Assembly: GCF_006345805.1 (NCBI RefSeq) | Contig: NC_043008.1 | Location: 15,438,001-15,502,000 of the forward strand | Reading direction: 5' to 3' | Source: Octopus sinensis | Lineage: Eukaryota | DNA: 64,000 bases | Shown here: positions 40,491-54,752 of the stretch, in pieces | Layout of the letters: the number at the start of each line of letters is the position of its first letter | Position numbering within the stretch: position 1 is the stretch's first letter | Notes under the pieces: generated by a model | What the model saw: the letters and a program-made list of their open reading frames with translations, nothing else | What the model was told of the DNA's origin: nothing | The model's database searches: none | Translations under genes and position numbers: made by a program

Positions 40491-40688
40491 AATTTCGACA
40501 CAAGGCCAGCAATTTTGGGCTGGACGTAAGTCGATTACATCGACTATAGTGCTCCACTGGTATCTATTTTATCGACCCCGAAAGGGATTAAAGGCAAAGT
40601 CGGCCTCGGCAGAATTGGAGCTCAGAACCTAATGACAGACGAAATGATGCTAGACATTTTGCCTGGCGTGCTAACAATTTTGTTGCCT
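40491..40688 (-). mobile_element. SINE family B copy (in the candidate intron)
   Basis: aagtcgattacatcgac..atcgaccccgaaagg..aaggcaaagtcggcctcggc. Confidence 0.8.
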
Positions 40689-41009
40689 TCTCCCTCACGA
40701 ATATTAAGATAATGAAAAGTGCAAACTGATATTAGATTGATTCGAATCAGAGCCTAAAAGTATGTAACTAACTGTTGCATAATTTTGACTTGCCTGTGGT
40801 AAGCCCTAATCGGGCAGATTTAAGATCCAAATTCATTCCAGACGAGAATTTCACGCCCTCTTTATTATTTCAACTGGAATATTGTCCCAGGATTGCATTA
40901 TGCACTGAGTCCTTCGATATATTTCACTCCAAATGTGGCTGATTTTTTTAAAAGTGATTATAACATAATACACTACTGAGGATTCCCTATTTACAATTAT
41001 CTTATATAG

Positions 41010-41266
41010 GTCTTCAAGGGACATATCGGCCCAGGTTAGGAACCATTGCTCCAAACGAAACAGCAGTCAATCGCAAAGGCTACCAACAGCAGCTGCTGCA
41101 GCAGCAACAGCAGCCATCCAAGAATTTGGACCTGGAGATCTCCATTTCCAGCGACTTTGAGGGCCACCTCCCAGTGGTGTCGGGCATCAACGAAGAGCCC
41201 TCGACTACAACAAGACGACCAAAGTGTTTTTACCAAGATCTGGGGCCTCCCGCCTCTAAGCCCTAG
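41010..41266 (+). CDS. Candidate terminal coding exon with polyQ: (G)LQGTYRPRLGTIAPNETAVNRKGYQQQLLQQQQQPSKNLDLEISISSDFEGHLPVVSGINEEPSTTTRRPKCFYQDLGPPASKP*
   Basis: Acceptor attatcttatatAG, GC-rich island in AT-rich surroundings, mixed CAA/CAG polyQ in frame, joins the 40055-40127 exon in phase 1, TAG at 41264-41266, AATAAA at 41748. Confidence 0.6.
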
Positions 41267-41302
41267 ACCATCACTTAAGCACCCTTACCCGTCTTGTTGC
41301 TC

Positions 41303-41336
<34 letters not shown>

Positions 41337-42986
41337 GCAGCAGCAGCAGCCACAGCAACAACAGCAACTAGTGGTGCTCATGTTTACATGTGTGGCATTC
41401 GAGCTGCAAAAAAATGGAGTACCTTGCTAGTTGTAGGACTTATCTGAGCAGCATCGCAGAGGCAGTGACTCGAACCCACGTTCCCACCGCAACCAACTGG
41501 CCACGTGTCTTATCCCTATCGTAGTGCACTTATTCTACTGTCGTATTATTTCTGCTGCCAACACACCACAATAGCATAACATGAATAATGACAGAAAACA
41601 TAACTAAAGGCAACACGTCATTTACAGATCGTTAATAATATTATTGTCTTTCGATCACATCAATAATGGCTGCAACAAATAGAATTATTTAAAACAAAAA
41701 CCAATATCTTTCATAAAATGGCATAAATATTGCCAACAACAAACTGTAATAAATGCTTGCAAGTGAAAGTAGTAGTAGCAGTTGTTGTTGTTGTTATTGT
41801 TTTTATTGCTGTGTCTCTTGTTTTTCTTATTATTGTTGCTGTTGTTGATCGCCTAGATCAAGCAGACTTACGATCAAAAGTATTGCAGCCGTGACCTTAC
41901 CGTAATTTGTTTTGTTTTTCGGGAATACTTTATCTGATCGAATAGATTATGCAAGATGTATTTATCTTTTGAATTGCAGGCAGTGATTTGAGGGATATTT
42001 GGGCATTTTTTCTTTTTTTTAAAGCAGAACTTATGTCTACATAGACATTTTGTCATTCACTCGCCGTCTATTTATATTCTTAGCAATTTCTAGTTGCTTT
42101 GGCTGCTTACAATTGTGTAGAACCAAAAACAAACAACAAAAGACGAAAATGAAAAAAGAAACAGGTTACTTTCTAGCATTAGCATGCATATGTCTTTGTA
42201 TGTGTCTTAAGGTCATCGTCAATAACGACAAAATCAATAACGACAGTAATTGCTCGGCATTTTGTCCTGTACTCTGTATTCAAATTTTGTCAGTAGGCCG
42301 CATAATTTAAAATAACTGGTGTATTACGACTCGTCGGAAACGGTTAAAAGGAAGGGGCAGAAATTGGTCGTAAGTCAAGTAAAGAAAGTTGACGATGAGA
42401 GTCGAAATTGCACAGGATAAAACATGGAATTAAACAGAAAAAAAATCATAAAAGTGTACTGAAAAATACGCATATGTGTGTGCGAGTGCGTGTGTGTGTT
42501 TGACTCTTTCGTTTTTCGTACATGAATTGGTCTGTTGCAACGAGTCCCTCAAAAGCAGCAGTAGTTCTTAGGTTGCCGTATTTGTATGGAGTTACGTTCT
42601 CTTATAAAGAGCAGCTAAAGAGCTGATGAGTCTCGTCCACCCCAGGTCCTTTTGGGTGGCTGCGAGCGACTTTGTGCCGGAGAAAACTTGGTGACATGCT
42701 ATTGAACCCATAATTACGATCCTGACATGTGCTAAGAGACGGTTTCCACACTTCTTAAACCTTAGAATCCTGAACCAGGGCCCTAGAATCGGATGTAGTT
42801 TTGCAATCATAAGCAGTAAATTGTCTTAACCTCGGTATTTGAATTGTTTTATTTTATCAATCCTGGGGAGATCGAAATCAAAATTAACCAAAGTGAGGTT
42901 GGGACACAAAACGGAATATGGCGTAACTGAGAACGGAAAATATCTTCATCTGTCCATCTTTATTTTCTACCAATATACCGCATAGG

Positions 42987-43205
42987 AAAGACGGTGAGCT
43001 GGCAGAATCGTTAGCACGCCAAACAAACTGCTTAGCAGCATTTCGTCCGTCTTTAAATTCTGAGTTCAAATTCTGTCGAGGTCGACTTTGCCTGTCATCG
43101 TTTTGGAGTCGATAAAAGAAGTACCAATTGGACAGTGTGGTCAATAAAATCGATTTAACCCCTCCTCCAAAATTGGTGGCTTTGCACCAAAATCTGAAAC
43201 CAATA
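42987..43205 (+). mobile_element. SINE family B monomer
   Basis: gagctggcagaatcgttagcacgcc..ttctgagttcaaattctgtcgaggtcgactttgcc. Confidence 0.85.
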
Positions 43206-44534
43206 TACCTCATATATTGCTGTTTAAGAACATCACGTAAATGCTTACAATTGCAACTGTAGCATTATTGTTTAGCTGTGTAACTTCTAGAAGAAAAAAA
43301 TGTATAAGACACACAGCGAAATGAGGAATAAAAATTTTAAAATATAACCAATATATATATATATATATATATATAAATTGTTTCTTAAGGAGATAAGAAC
43401 CCACTAAAAGTGCTGTCATGCAATAAGGATGAACACTCTGTTACTTCAGAATTGGATGAAATATTGTAAAGAAAATTCAGCAAAAGTCTAGATGTATGGA
43501 AACAGTAATAAATGAGTCTCACAAATATTCAAAGTAAATAAATGAAATTGTAACAAAAGGTTTAAGCTGAAAAACCAAAACAGCAACCTGAAGTAAAAGA
43601 TTTGTCCCGTTGAGAAGACATACAACCGAGATGCATAGAGAATGATTTCCAAATTTGATTTTAAAAAAAACACGTTTTCCTCGGGCAGTAAAATAGATTT
43701 GACTCAATTACTTGTGTAGTATTTAACTTATCGAGGAAGGATAAAAACCGCCTATATAATTGTAGGCAGAATTTTAATTCAAACTTTCTGTTTGAGTTTA
43801 AACTGTGATAGTGTTGTACTTAGATAATGTGCGTGAAATATATCGCATAAGATTCCGTTACATCCCCAATTAGAGCAATCTGAAAATGTTTAATCATTAC
43901 TTTTGCTTCGACACAGGTCGTTATAAAATATGGTAGAATGGTCATTTGAATCTAGCTAAAGATCACGTATAACGGAAGTATTTATAAATCGAAAACATCA
44001 GCCGAAGACAATCCTAAATCTGGATGGTCCTTCAGGAAAAAAAAACGGAAGTGCGAGCCTGTATTCCATTCAGAGTTGCTGACGGCGATAATTCGCTAAG
44101 ACAGGAAATGTAATGAATAATGAATATAGTATTATTCAAATATTATAAACGTCACTCGTGGAGATGTGTGAAAATATATAAGGGACAACAATCTGAAATT
44201 AGCTGTCTGGTGATATAAAATATAATCGATTTATTTACTGAGAAGAAACTGGTTGGTATCCTTATGGATATAATTCAATCGATATAGGCTGACCGTTCTG
44301 TTGTACGTAAAATAAAACGTCACAGACTATCCATGAAGCAGAAGAACCGTTCTATACAACGGAGTTATATTGCTATTATAATTACATATTTTATTTTATA
44401 ACATGGTTTAATTTTCATCTACGCATGCACTTATAACATAGTCCGTAGTTTTTTAAGTCTTAGTATACTCTTGACCATTCTGTGATTAATGGTAAAATTA
44501 TGCATCACTTCATTGTATCTATTATGTATAAATA

Positions 44535-44784
44535 AATGCACCCTTTTAAAGCCTAGCCAGGCTCATGGGCTCGGTTTCCCGGTTTCAATGGCGTATTTGT
44601 TCCTCAGGTGGACGGATTGCCAATACATCGCAGCATTTCTCATTTTTGCCAGCTGTGTGGACTGGAGCAACGTGAAATGGAGTGTTTTGCTCAAGAACAT
44701 AATGCGTCGCCCGGTCTAGGAATCGAAACCACAATGTTATGATCATGATGCTGACACCCTAACCACTAAGCCACGTGCCTCCAC
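44535..44784 (-). mobile_element. SINE family C (tRNA-like head, CORE-like body)
   Basis: Minus strand: gtggcttagtggttagggtg (A box)..ggtttcgattcc (B box)..ttcttgagcaaaacact..gttgctccagtccac. Confidence 0.85.
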
Positions 44785-44865
44785 GTTCTATCATGTATAC
44801 ATATTTATATGTACGTATGTATGTATATGTTTCTTATATTTATATACAGAGAGAGAGAGAGAGAG

Positions 44866-44900
<35 letters not shown>

Positions 44901-45256
44901 CTGTGTGTGTAATATAGAGATAGATAATATACATATATTATTAAAATGTCCCTGAACACTACGATGTGAATTACATTCGCTGTTATATTTTAACTCGGAG
45001 AACAAATTTCTTTCTTTAGAGTTCAGCTGAAAGATATACCAATCTTCAGGTGGCATCAGCAAACTACGAGATATGGTGTTTCGACATGGTTTCGCCTCCT
45101 CAGTGATATATACAGCAACGATCAATTTGGGGACAATCCGCTTACATCGCTTGGAGGTTCGTGCAACAAAGTCAAAACAAGAAATTTGTTCTTCGAGACG
45201 AAATGCAGCTTGCATTTGCGGACAACAGCTCTCTCGAATGAAGATAAAAAAACGGT

Positions 45257-45480
45257 TTTACTCTTTTACTCTTTTACTTGTTTCAGTCATTTGACTGTGG
45301 CCATGCTGGAGCACCGCCTTTAATCGAGCAACTCGATCCCGGGACTTATTCTTTTGTAAGCCCAGTACTTATTCTATCGGTCTCCTTTTGCCGAACCGCT
45401 AAGTAACGGGGACATAAACACACCAGCATCGGTTGTCAAGCAATGCTAGGGGGACAAACACAGACGCACAAACACACACA

Positions 45481-45576
<96 letters not shown>

Positions 45577-45742
45577 TACGACGGGCTTCTTTCAGTTTCC
45601 GTCCACCAAATCCAGTCACATGGCTTTGGTCGGCCCGAGACTATAGTAGAAGACACTTGCCCAAGATGCCACGCAGTGGGACTGAACCCGGAACCATGTG
45701 GTTGGTAAACAAGCTACTTACCCCACAGGCACTCCTGCGCCT
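45257..45742 (-). mobile_element. SINE family A copy, well preserved, long internal (TA)n
   Basis: Full head-to-tail match with a (GTAAAAGA)n tail. Confidence 0.92.
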
Positions 45743-46464
45743 ATACTTTTTCTTTAACAGCATTTCCCAACTTGTGCATAGCAGAATCTTATTGCAGGAA
45801 AAGGTTCAGTTCCTTTCGGCTTGCACAACTGCATGCTTTTGGCCTCCCTTATTCGAGCCTCGCCTTCCCATTGTTGCTATATCATTTCCACCATACAAAA
45901 ATGTATTATTATACTTATACTTCTTGCTTTCAGTTTGTTCACTGCTTTCATTTTAGCTTTTTCTTTTTCCTTTGCTCTACTCCCTATTCAAGACGCAGCA
46001 TTTTCTTTTCTCTTCTGTTCTCGAATATAAGCTCCACTAGCTTTCCTAATGCAATGCCAGCCAGGTAGAAAATTGAGGATCTAGCTACAAATACATAAAT
46101 ACAAAATAATTCTGCTTTGATGAAAGGGAATAAATTATCAGTTACCGAATTCCTTAGCGTATGTTTGTGCTGGTATGAGTAGTGACAATATCTTGATGTA
46201 AGGAATGCTATCGGTTTAATTTTTTTCGCCCCGTAACCATTCGACCATTAAATAATATTAGATGCATGAATTAGGATTTAATATAAATATAAAGCAACCA
46301 ATTTCTGGGAATTCAATTAAATCCACTTCGCTGATTATTTTTTAAGTTCCAATCCATCTTTGTGGGAATTCAGCTACGTACGTGAACTTACCTTCTCATA
46401 TATCATTGTACTGCAGACCTGCTGAGCACCATCTTAAAGGGTTTCAACCGAACGAATCGACCCC

Positions 46465-46885
46465 TTACTCTTTTACTCGTTTACTCTTTTACTGGTTTCA
46501 GTCATTTGACTGCGGCCATGCTGGAGCACCGCCTTTAGTCAAGCAAATCGACCCCGGGACTTATTCTTAGTAAGCCCAGTACTTATTCTATCGGTCTCTT
46601 TTGCCGAACCGCTAAGTGACGGGGACGTAAACACACCAGCATCGGTTGTCAAGCAATGCTAGGGGGACAAACACAGACACACAAACATATACACACACAC
46701 TTAAATATATACATATATATACGACAGGCTTCTTTCAGTTTCCGTCTACCAAATCCACTCACAAGGCATTGGTCGGCCCGGGGCTATAGCAGAAGACACT
46801 TGCTCAAGTTGCCACGCAGTGGGACTGAACCCGGAACCATGTGGCTGGTTAGCAAGCTACTTACCACACAGCCACTCTTGCGCCT
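46465..46885 (-). mobile_element. SINE family A copy, well preserved
   Basis: Full head-to-tail match. Confidence 0.92.
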
Positions 46886-47550
46886 TATTTATTTATTTTT
46901 TCAAGTCTGGAATTTATACTCTCGTAGAACGAACCGCTACGTTAACGGCACTTAAACGAAACAACGCTGGTTGTCAATCGGCGTTTGGGGATAAATACAG
47001 ACAGAAAAATACATATAGAGTCATAGTGACACACACCTGCGAGCGCACACACACAGAATCATGCACTCAGCAAAGAATGAAAGACAAAGTTAGCGTCGGC
47101 AGATTTTGAACTCAGAACGGAGCTTCTGCCAGCTCGCCGTTTTGCCGCATTGAAATAATCCTTTCTGCTATAGGGACAAGGCCTGAAACTTCACCCCCTC
47201 CCAGTGCTATAGGTATATGTATGTATCTATATACATACATGCAACACACACACACACACATACACACACATATATGAGCATAAATATATATATATATATA
47301 TATATATGAATCTTATGATTCTAATCCAGAAACGTGCGTCCATAATTGACCGTGGACTGCTTGATTTCGTTATTTTCTTATTTTTTTGCCATATAATGAG
47401 TTACAAATACTGTTGTCTGTGGAGACATATTTTTGTAGTAAAAGGAAATAGCAGTCCTCTGGCTGCTATTTCTAAAACTTTGGTATGTGGTCTAGCAACT
47501 TGTTGCAAAGACCCTCATTGTTAAAATTATATATATACATACATACATCC

Positions 47551-47617
<67 letters not shown>

Positions 47618-47688
47618 ATGTATATCAACTCGTGTGTTCCTTTTCATCCTTATTCAGATATATATATACAAACACACACCTACACATA

Positions 47689-47729
<41 letters not shown>

Positions 47730-50372
47730 CTTTAGGCTATAAAATGCATTCGAGTTTTGAACTCCCTTCAATTGTTATCTTGGATCCTGTGTTGTGTAGT
47801 ACACCAAGAAATCGATCCAGGTGAAAATTTACCTCACATTCTCTTGCTGGTGTTTGCATCTTTGAGATAAGAATATCTTCAGCTTAAGGAAATAAGAATA
47901 TTGACACTGGCGCTATGTAAACGCTATGTAAAGGTGGATGTCACTAAAGTGCAATAACCACAATCAAAATATAAAATTAGGTTTTGCATTCGATTCCGTA
48001 GAATCTTGACGGCTACATAATAACACTCAGCGTCAGCAATTGGTAATTTATAGAAATATATTTTATCGTGTCTATATATTGCCTACATCAATTTAATCAA
48101 AATCATTTTTTCTTCATATCACTCGTATTCATAATATATATAAATAGACATTTTGAGCAAAACTTAAATTTTCTGAGAAAAATCTATCAGAGTTTTATTA
48201 AACGGAATGTTCTATTTACGGGATCCATTTCAGATATTAAAAGCTATCTATAAATACGTTTTCAATTCTCATTAATATTGCAACTATCCTTTGAATTATG
48301 GTGTTGCCATTGCTTTCTCACATGTCGGATCCAACAACATAGACGTTTGATCGAAATCTTTCCTACCATGATAATCTCGTCATTTTTGCTTCTGTTGAGA
48401 ATCCAGCATCATATTAAGCAATCTCTTCTCTATTTTCAAGAAAGTATAGTGCAATTTTATGAATAATTCCTTTTGCTATTTCTAGCAGCTCTTTAGATAG
48501 TATAAAGATTGCGCCACAGGCTTGTGATCAACCAAGATCAAACATTTGTATGACTAGTAGTGAGCCATCCATTTCTGTGATTCACCTTAAATCGGCCATT
48601 TAAAACGTTATTAATTTTTACGTAATTATCACTCATGTCAAATGATTAAATGCAATTAATTCTAGATAGGAGACGAGAACTTCAGAATACAACCTATTTG
48701 AATTCAGAGGTAAAGTCAGTTTTCGATAGCCTGAGATTTCTGTTCGCTTTAAAAATACAAAGAAAATTCATTCAAGTTTCTTAAATAATTGTTTCCTCTA
48801 CAAACTAAGCAAATTGAAAGGAAAATATGAAGGGAATATCATATGGCTTTGCAGTTTACGCAGATGAATTGACACGAATGAATTGACCGGAAGGCAATAT
48901 TGTACAGCACTCATATCAATTAGAGATGATAAATTGCTTAACTGAATTAAATCAGTTGATAGCATTTTCCCTATGAATTTATCTCGTTATTATTCTTTCT
49001 ACATTTCTCTATCTCTTGAATGCATAAATAAAACATTTCTTTCAATCTGAGAACCAAAAACGAACCACGTTTAAAAGTTTGTATGAAAATACAGAACTGC
49101 TTATCCACCTGTCTGCGAAAGTCAGTGAGGTTTACCGGTTTAATTAAATTTAGAACTGCGTATCTGCTATTCTCTCTAATAACCAGTCACGGTCGGAGTG
49201 TATAAATGATCAGACAATGTCGTAATAATTGCATTATAGAAACTTAGCTATGTAAAGGTATATCCCAAAATATTTCAACTGAACTCTATGTTGAAATGTC
49301 GAAAACAACTTTTAGTACATCACACACGTACAGACACACACATATGTATGTATATTGTTATATCAATATTTTTGTATATCTTGGCAGAGTGACATAAGCT
49401 AACAAGTGTAAACATATATATATGTAAAAGCGGCTGCCAACTTCATCATAAATGTTATTATATATGCAACGTGTTTAAAATGAGAACTTGTACTAATAAC
49501 TTAAACAAACCTCCACTTACTTTTATCAGCATGTTTACCTATGCAGGGTTCTGATAATTGCTATGGAATGTATTCAAGTTGACATTTACGGTTTAAAGAA
49601 TGGTTACTAGATTTAAAGCAGTTGCAAATAATGATATGAATATTGTACAGAGGCAACTCACATTTGAACTGGTTGGGATTTGCCAAATATTGTGCAGAAT
49701 TAGATGTAGTAGATAATACGGCATTGTAGTCATATTTACATTTTACAAATCCTAAATGATGACATAGAAATAGCAAGATTTCTGTGAAATTTTAGAACAA
49801 CTTCCAGCAGTTACATTTTAAAATGGAACGCATTGTGTGTGTATAAAGTCTTTTGAATTCATGAAATCCGGTTTTCGAAATATTTTTGCAAACAAAATAG
49901 CTATTCCGAATCCACCCTTGCCCATATAGAACAATGAAAAAAACCTTATATATTTTACATCAACACTATACCGAAACATTCATCCGTTACCCACAACCTC
50001 ATTATTTGCATAATCAGTATATTTTGATAACAGCCATATTTCCGTTATTCGATTGATCTTCTGAACTGCTTTTTTCTTCTGCACTTTAATTGTTCTTGTA
50101 TTTTATGGTTAGATATTTATAACTCTCTCACGCTCTCTCTCTCTCTCTCTCTTTCTCTCATTGTCACGCTCATATTAAGGTATGTCAGTGTGTATAGAGG
50201 GGCTGCATGTCATTCTTTATACTTCATATTTGTTACTGAGAGGTGAGCATCTCTACGTTTTCAATATTGTCTTACCACCTGCGAATTTCATTATCTATTG
50301 TAAGAGTAACCGTCAGTGGTCTATTAGACGTACTTTATTAAATACTCTATATTCTGATACTGCTTACATATA

Positions 50373-50615
50373 ATCATGGCTCGGCTTCGCGAACGAAGAT
50401 CAGGAAGGCTGACCACGTCGTGTGCATGCACGCTCATGTCCGACAAGTCCGATATGGGAAAGGCAGGTCCGTGAGCAGTGTCCACAGACGAAGGTAACAT
50501 CCGGCGTGGTGTCAGAGGCGGCTCGCGCCTTCCTCCTGCATCTCTTGTCTTTAAGCGCGTCTCTTCTTTGTTCCTCAAACTTGCTGACTGCATTGAAGAT
50601 TGTGTGGCGCCAGAC
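50373..50615 (-). mobile_element. RTE-clade LINE 3' end (C-terminal zinc finger plus short 3'UTR)
   Basis: WRHTIFNAVSKFEEQRRDALKDKRCRRKARAASDTTPDVTFVCGHCSRTCLSHIGLVGHERAC..* matches the RTE tail WR....FE..R....KR..RK..C..C.R.C.S.IGL.SH.R.C. Confidence 0.9.
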
Positions 50616-51040
50616 ATATAATAATAGAAGCTAATTACGTACATCAGTAATTCCACATCTCATTGACGACCACATCTATATCTTATACACCCTCGCTATT
50701 CCATTTAATCCTCATTCTTTCTAATTTACATTCATAAATTTTCAAATCTACTTTTGTTCAAAAAGGCATTTCACAACTCACAAAATTTTCGTTCCTAAAC
50801 TCGAGAGCCGCTAGATTAACATATTCGTTCTTCCATTCAAACCCATTATATAACCTATATGCCCACCTAAGAATCATATTCTTATTTCTATGATTATATC
50901 TTCAGGGTATACACCCATAAAAATATTTAATTCTATAATTTTTATAAGCTTGCGTTGTTGCTTTCATAAGTACACATCCGTTAATATTTCCTTATTACTT
51001 TTACAATGCTTATTTCATATTTTAATAATATAACATTGTA

Positions 51041-51211
51041 AAGGCGCATAGCGCGGTGGTTAGAGCGTCGGGCTCACAATCATGAGGTAATGAGTTCGAT
51101 TCCCTGATCTGACCGCACTGCATGTGGTGTTTCTGAGCAAGACACTTTATTCTACGTTACTCCAATTACCTCTGGTCTCAAACTGTATCTGCCTTTCCCG
51201 TGGATAACATC
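51041..51211 (+). mobile_element. tRNA-derived SINE related to family C
   Basis: aaggcgcatagcgcggtggttagagcgtcgg..gagttcgattccc..ctgagcaagacacttta. Confidence 0.8.
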
Positions 51212-52000
51212 TAATGTATGTGTTTACAAGTGCAATAAAAATACAACCAATTTACCAACTATAATAAATCAAGTTTCTTATTTATTTTTATATCCTAATC
51301 GATTCAATGTCGTTATGATTGTTAATCTAATTTCCCGCATTACCTATTACTTCGACATCGTATATCTTCCTCCTAAAACGTCGCTCTATTTATTATACAA
51401 CGATAATGTTGTTTCTTTATATTCTCTGGTTAGGTAGTAACATTAGATATACAAAATGGTTTTCCATAATCGCATTCTCTCTCATCAGAATTAAATTAAT
51501 TATTTACTAAAATTTCCGCTTGTGTATTTACCGACCACTTGTAAAAGCAGTTAAGACAAAACTGATATCAGATTAGAGCAAAGCTAGACATACGTCTGTT
51601 CGCGATTTGCATGCCACTTCTATTTAGATTATTTTATATATAATCATGTTAAATATACTATCATCTTTAATTTTCCTCGAAACTTACGACTAACATGTCA
51701 TCATTTACATATATCTGTCATTGATCGAATTTACAAACACATTAACGACTCATCATTCGATAAACTAAGAAAAAAACAACAACTCGTTCTTGTGTCTAAC
51801 TACGACATTACGAGGTTTTTGGTGATACGACGCCCTTGGTTTTTTTATCTTCTGCTTGTTTCAGTCATTAGACTGGGTAGTCATCTTGAAGAGTTTTTTT
51901 GTTGAATGAATCAACCATAGTGGTGCTTAATCTAAAGATCATTTTGCCGAACCACTAAGATACAGGAATAAATCAATTCTATAAATGTTTCCCGAGTGCA

Positions 52001-52164
52001 GCAGGAGTGACTGCGTGGTAAGTAGCTTGCTTACCAAGCACATGGCTCCGGGTTCAGTCCCATTGCGTGGCACTCTGGGTAAGTGTCTTCTACTATAGCC
52101 TCGGGCCGACCAAAGCCTTGTGAGTGGATTTGGTAGACGGAAACTGGAAGAAGCCCATCATATA

Positions 52165-52214
<50 letters not shown>

Positions 52215-52449
52215 GTGTGTGTATATATTTGTGTGTCTGTATTTTTCCCCACCCCAACATCGCTTGGCAACCGATGCTGGCGTGTTTATGTTCCCGTAAC
52301 TTAGTGGTTCGGCAAAAGATACCGGTAGAATAAGTACTAGGCTTACAAAGAATACGTCCTAGGGTCGATTTGCTCGGCTGAAGGTGGTGCTCCAGCATGG
52401 CCACTGTCAAATGACTGAAACAAGTAAAAGAGAGTAAAGATTAAAGAGT
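52001..52449 (+). mobile_element. SINE family A copy
   Basis: gcaggagtgactgcgtggtaagtagcttgc..tgactgaaacaagtaaaagag. Confidence 0.92.
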
Positions 52450-52870
52450 ATAGTAAGCAAACTTGTTAGTATTTTAATGTTACTCCCTAATGTCACTTAG
52501 TCTAAATGTCTGAAAAATATGCTCACTGCAGTTAGCTGAGGATAGATTTTCTCAAAATAACAACATAACATTACCTCCCTTTATTCTTAGCTCTTGTGCT
52601 TGCTATATTACTCGAGAGAAAGGTATCCTCTCTTCATTTCAACGATAATGGAGACTTGTTTTCTTCAGTTCACCGTTTATACACTCAGGCTACGATAAAT
52701 GCACTTGCCTGCGTATATTTATCGGAGAGAATGATAACTAGAGTAACAGGGACATGAATACATCCGTACACAAAAAAAAACATAGATGGATAAATACCTA
52801 AATATATACGTAAATACACACATATGTAAGGGTGTGTACAAATATATATATATATGAGTCTCTCTCTCTA

Positions 52871-52990
<120 letters not shown>

Positions 52991-53086
52991 CACACACATT
53001 CATCCATGTATATATTTCTGTTTTTCAAGCCTTGTAGCTGTTCCCTCTCATTCACTCTCGCAGTGTGGTATATGTATGCATGTATG

Positions 53087-53127
<41 letters not shown>

Positions 53128-53561
53128 ATACACATATACACACACATGCACACACATACACACATACGCACCCATACGCACACATACATGTACAATATCG
53201 ATAAAGGTAAGGTACGTGTTGTATGCGTGCTGTGATTGTTAGACAACACTGAGGTACGGCGCATGCGTGTTTCCATTGTTTGCCGTTGCTCGCTATTACT
53301 CGCGTGACGCTTTCGCCAGTTCAGTTTCTATAGCTAGATAAGCAATACTAAATCTGAAATATTTTGACGCTACAAAATTTTAATTAAACTGTTTCATGAT
53401 TTTTCTATTTATTATTAGTTTGTTTTCCTTATTTTCGTCCTACAAATTTCCTAAAAGCCAGAAATCAAAGCAAAATTTTAAATTGACGAAAACGTAGAGA
53501 GTAAATGAAAATAAAAATATAAAAATGTAAATTATCCCTGAATTGTACGTACATGTCTATA

Positions 53562-53609
<48 letters not shown>

Positions 53610-53728
53610 TACATATTTATTATATATATATATAGAACTATATAACATATATACAGTATATGTATATGTATGTATTACTGTATGTGCATATATATATCTA
53701 TATATATAATATATAGATATAATATACA

Positions 53729-53785
<57 letters not shown>

Positions 53786-53893
53786 CATACATACGTATAT
53801 GTGAGTGTGTGTGTATACATATATAGAACATTTCGTAGTGTTTGTATCCTTATGCATGTATACGTGTGTATGCATATGAGCGTTTGTGTGTCT

Positions 53894-53942
<49 letters not shown>

Positions 53943-54399
53943 CATATATATATTTACATATATATACATATGTATATACATATATATATTTACATATATA
54001 TACATATATATATTCACATATATATATATGCGTATATAGATGTATATGTGTGTATACGTGCAGAGATGTGTGAAAGTTGGTTTGTTTGTGTCTGTGTTTT
54101 GTCAGTGAGTGTACAGGTAAGGGAAAATATGCATGCGTATACATGCATATACAGATATACAATACTGTGCATGTATTAGCATTAAGATAATTACTTTAAT
54201 GATGGTGTATACAACATTTTATGCGTAAATACCTATTGATGTATGTACCTGTGTGTTATATTCATATTCATATATATACATATCTACATTCAGACAAACT
54301 TGCACATGTGAGTGTGTGTGAGTGAGTGTGTGTGTGTTTGTGTTTGTGACTGTGTGTGTGCAGACACAGGCCTTCACTCACACACACACATCTGTGAAT

Positions 54400-54421
54400 A
54401 AGTGCATCTATCTATATATCT

Positions 54422-54452
<31 letters not shown>

Positions 54453-54453
54453 C

Positions 54454-54485
<32 letters not shown>

Positions 54486-54542
54486 CTATCTATCTATCAT
54501 CCATTTTCTATCCTATCTATCTATCTATCTATCCATCCATCC

Positions 54543-54576
<34 letters not shown>

Positions 54577-54604
54577 TCTATCTATCATCTATCTATCTAT
54601 CTCT

Positions 54605-54636
<32 letters not shown>

Positions 54637-54684
54637 ATATCTATCTATCTATCTATCTGTCTATCTATTTATCTATTTATTTAT

Positions 54685-54716
<32 letters not shown>

Positions 54717-54717
54717 A

Positions 54718-54752
<35 letters not shown>
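54400..54752. repeat. (ATCT)n array
   Basis: Direct reading. Confidence 0.95.

Noticed and set aside
42605-42690. CTGATGAG followed by a hairpin (ccaccca/tgggtgg)
   Set aside because: No GAAA follows the putative stem II, so it is not a hammerhead; origin unknown.
44805-45294. Overlapping stop-free frames on both strands
   Set aside because: No recognisable domain, weak donor sites, and the frames run into microsatellite or SINE sequence.
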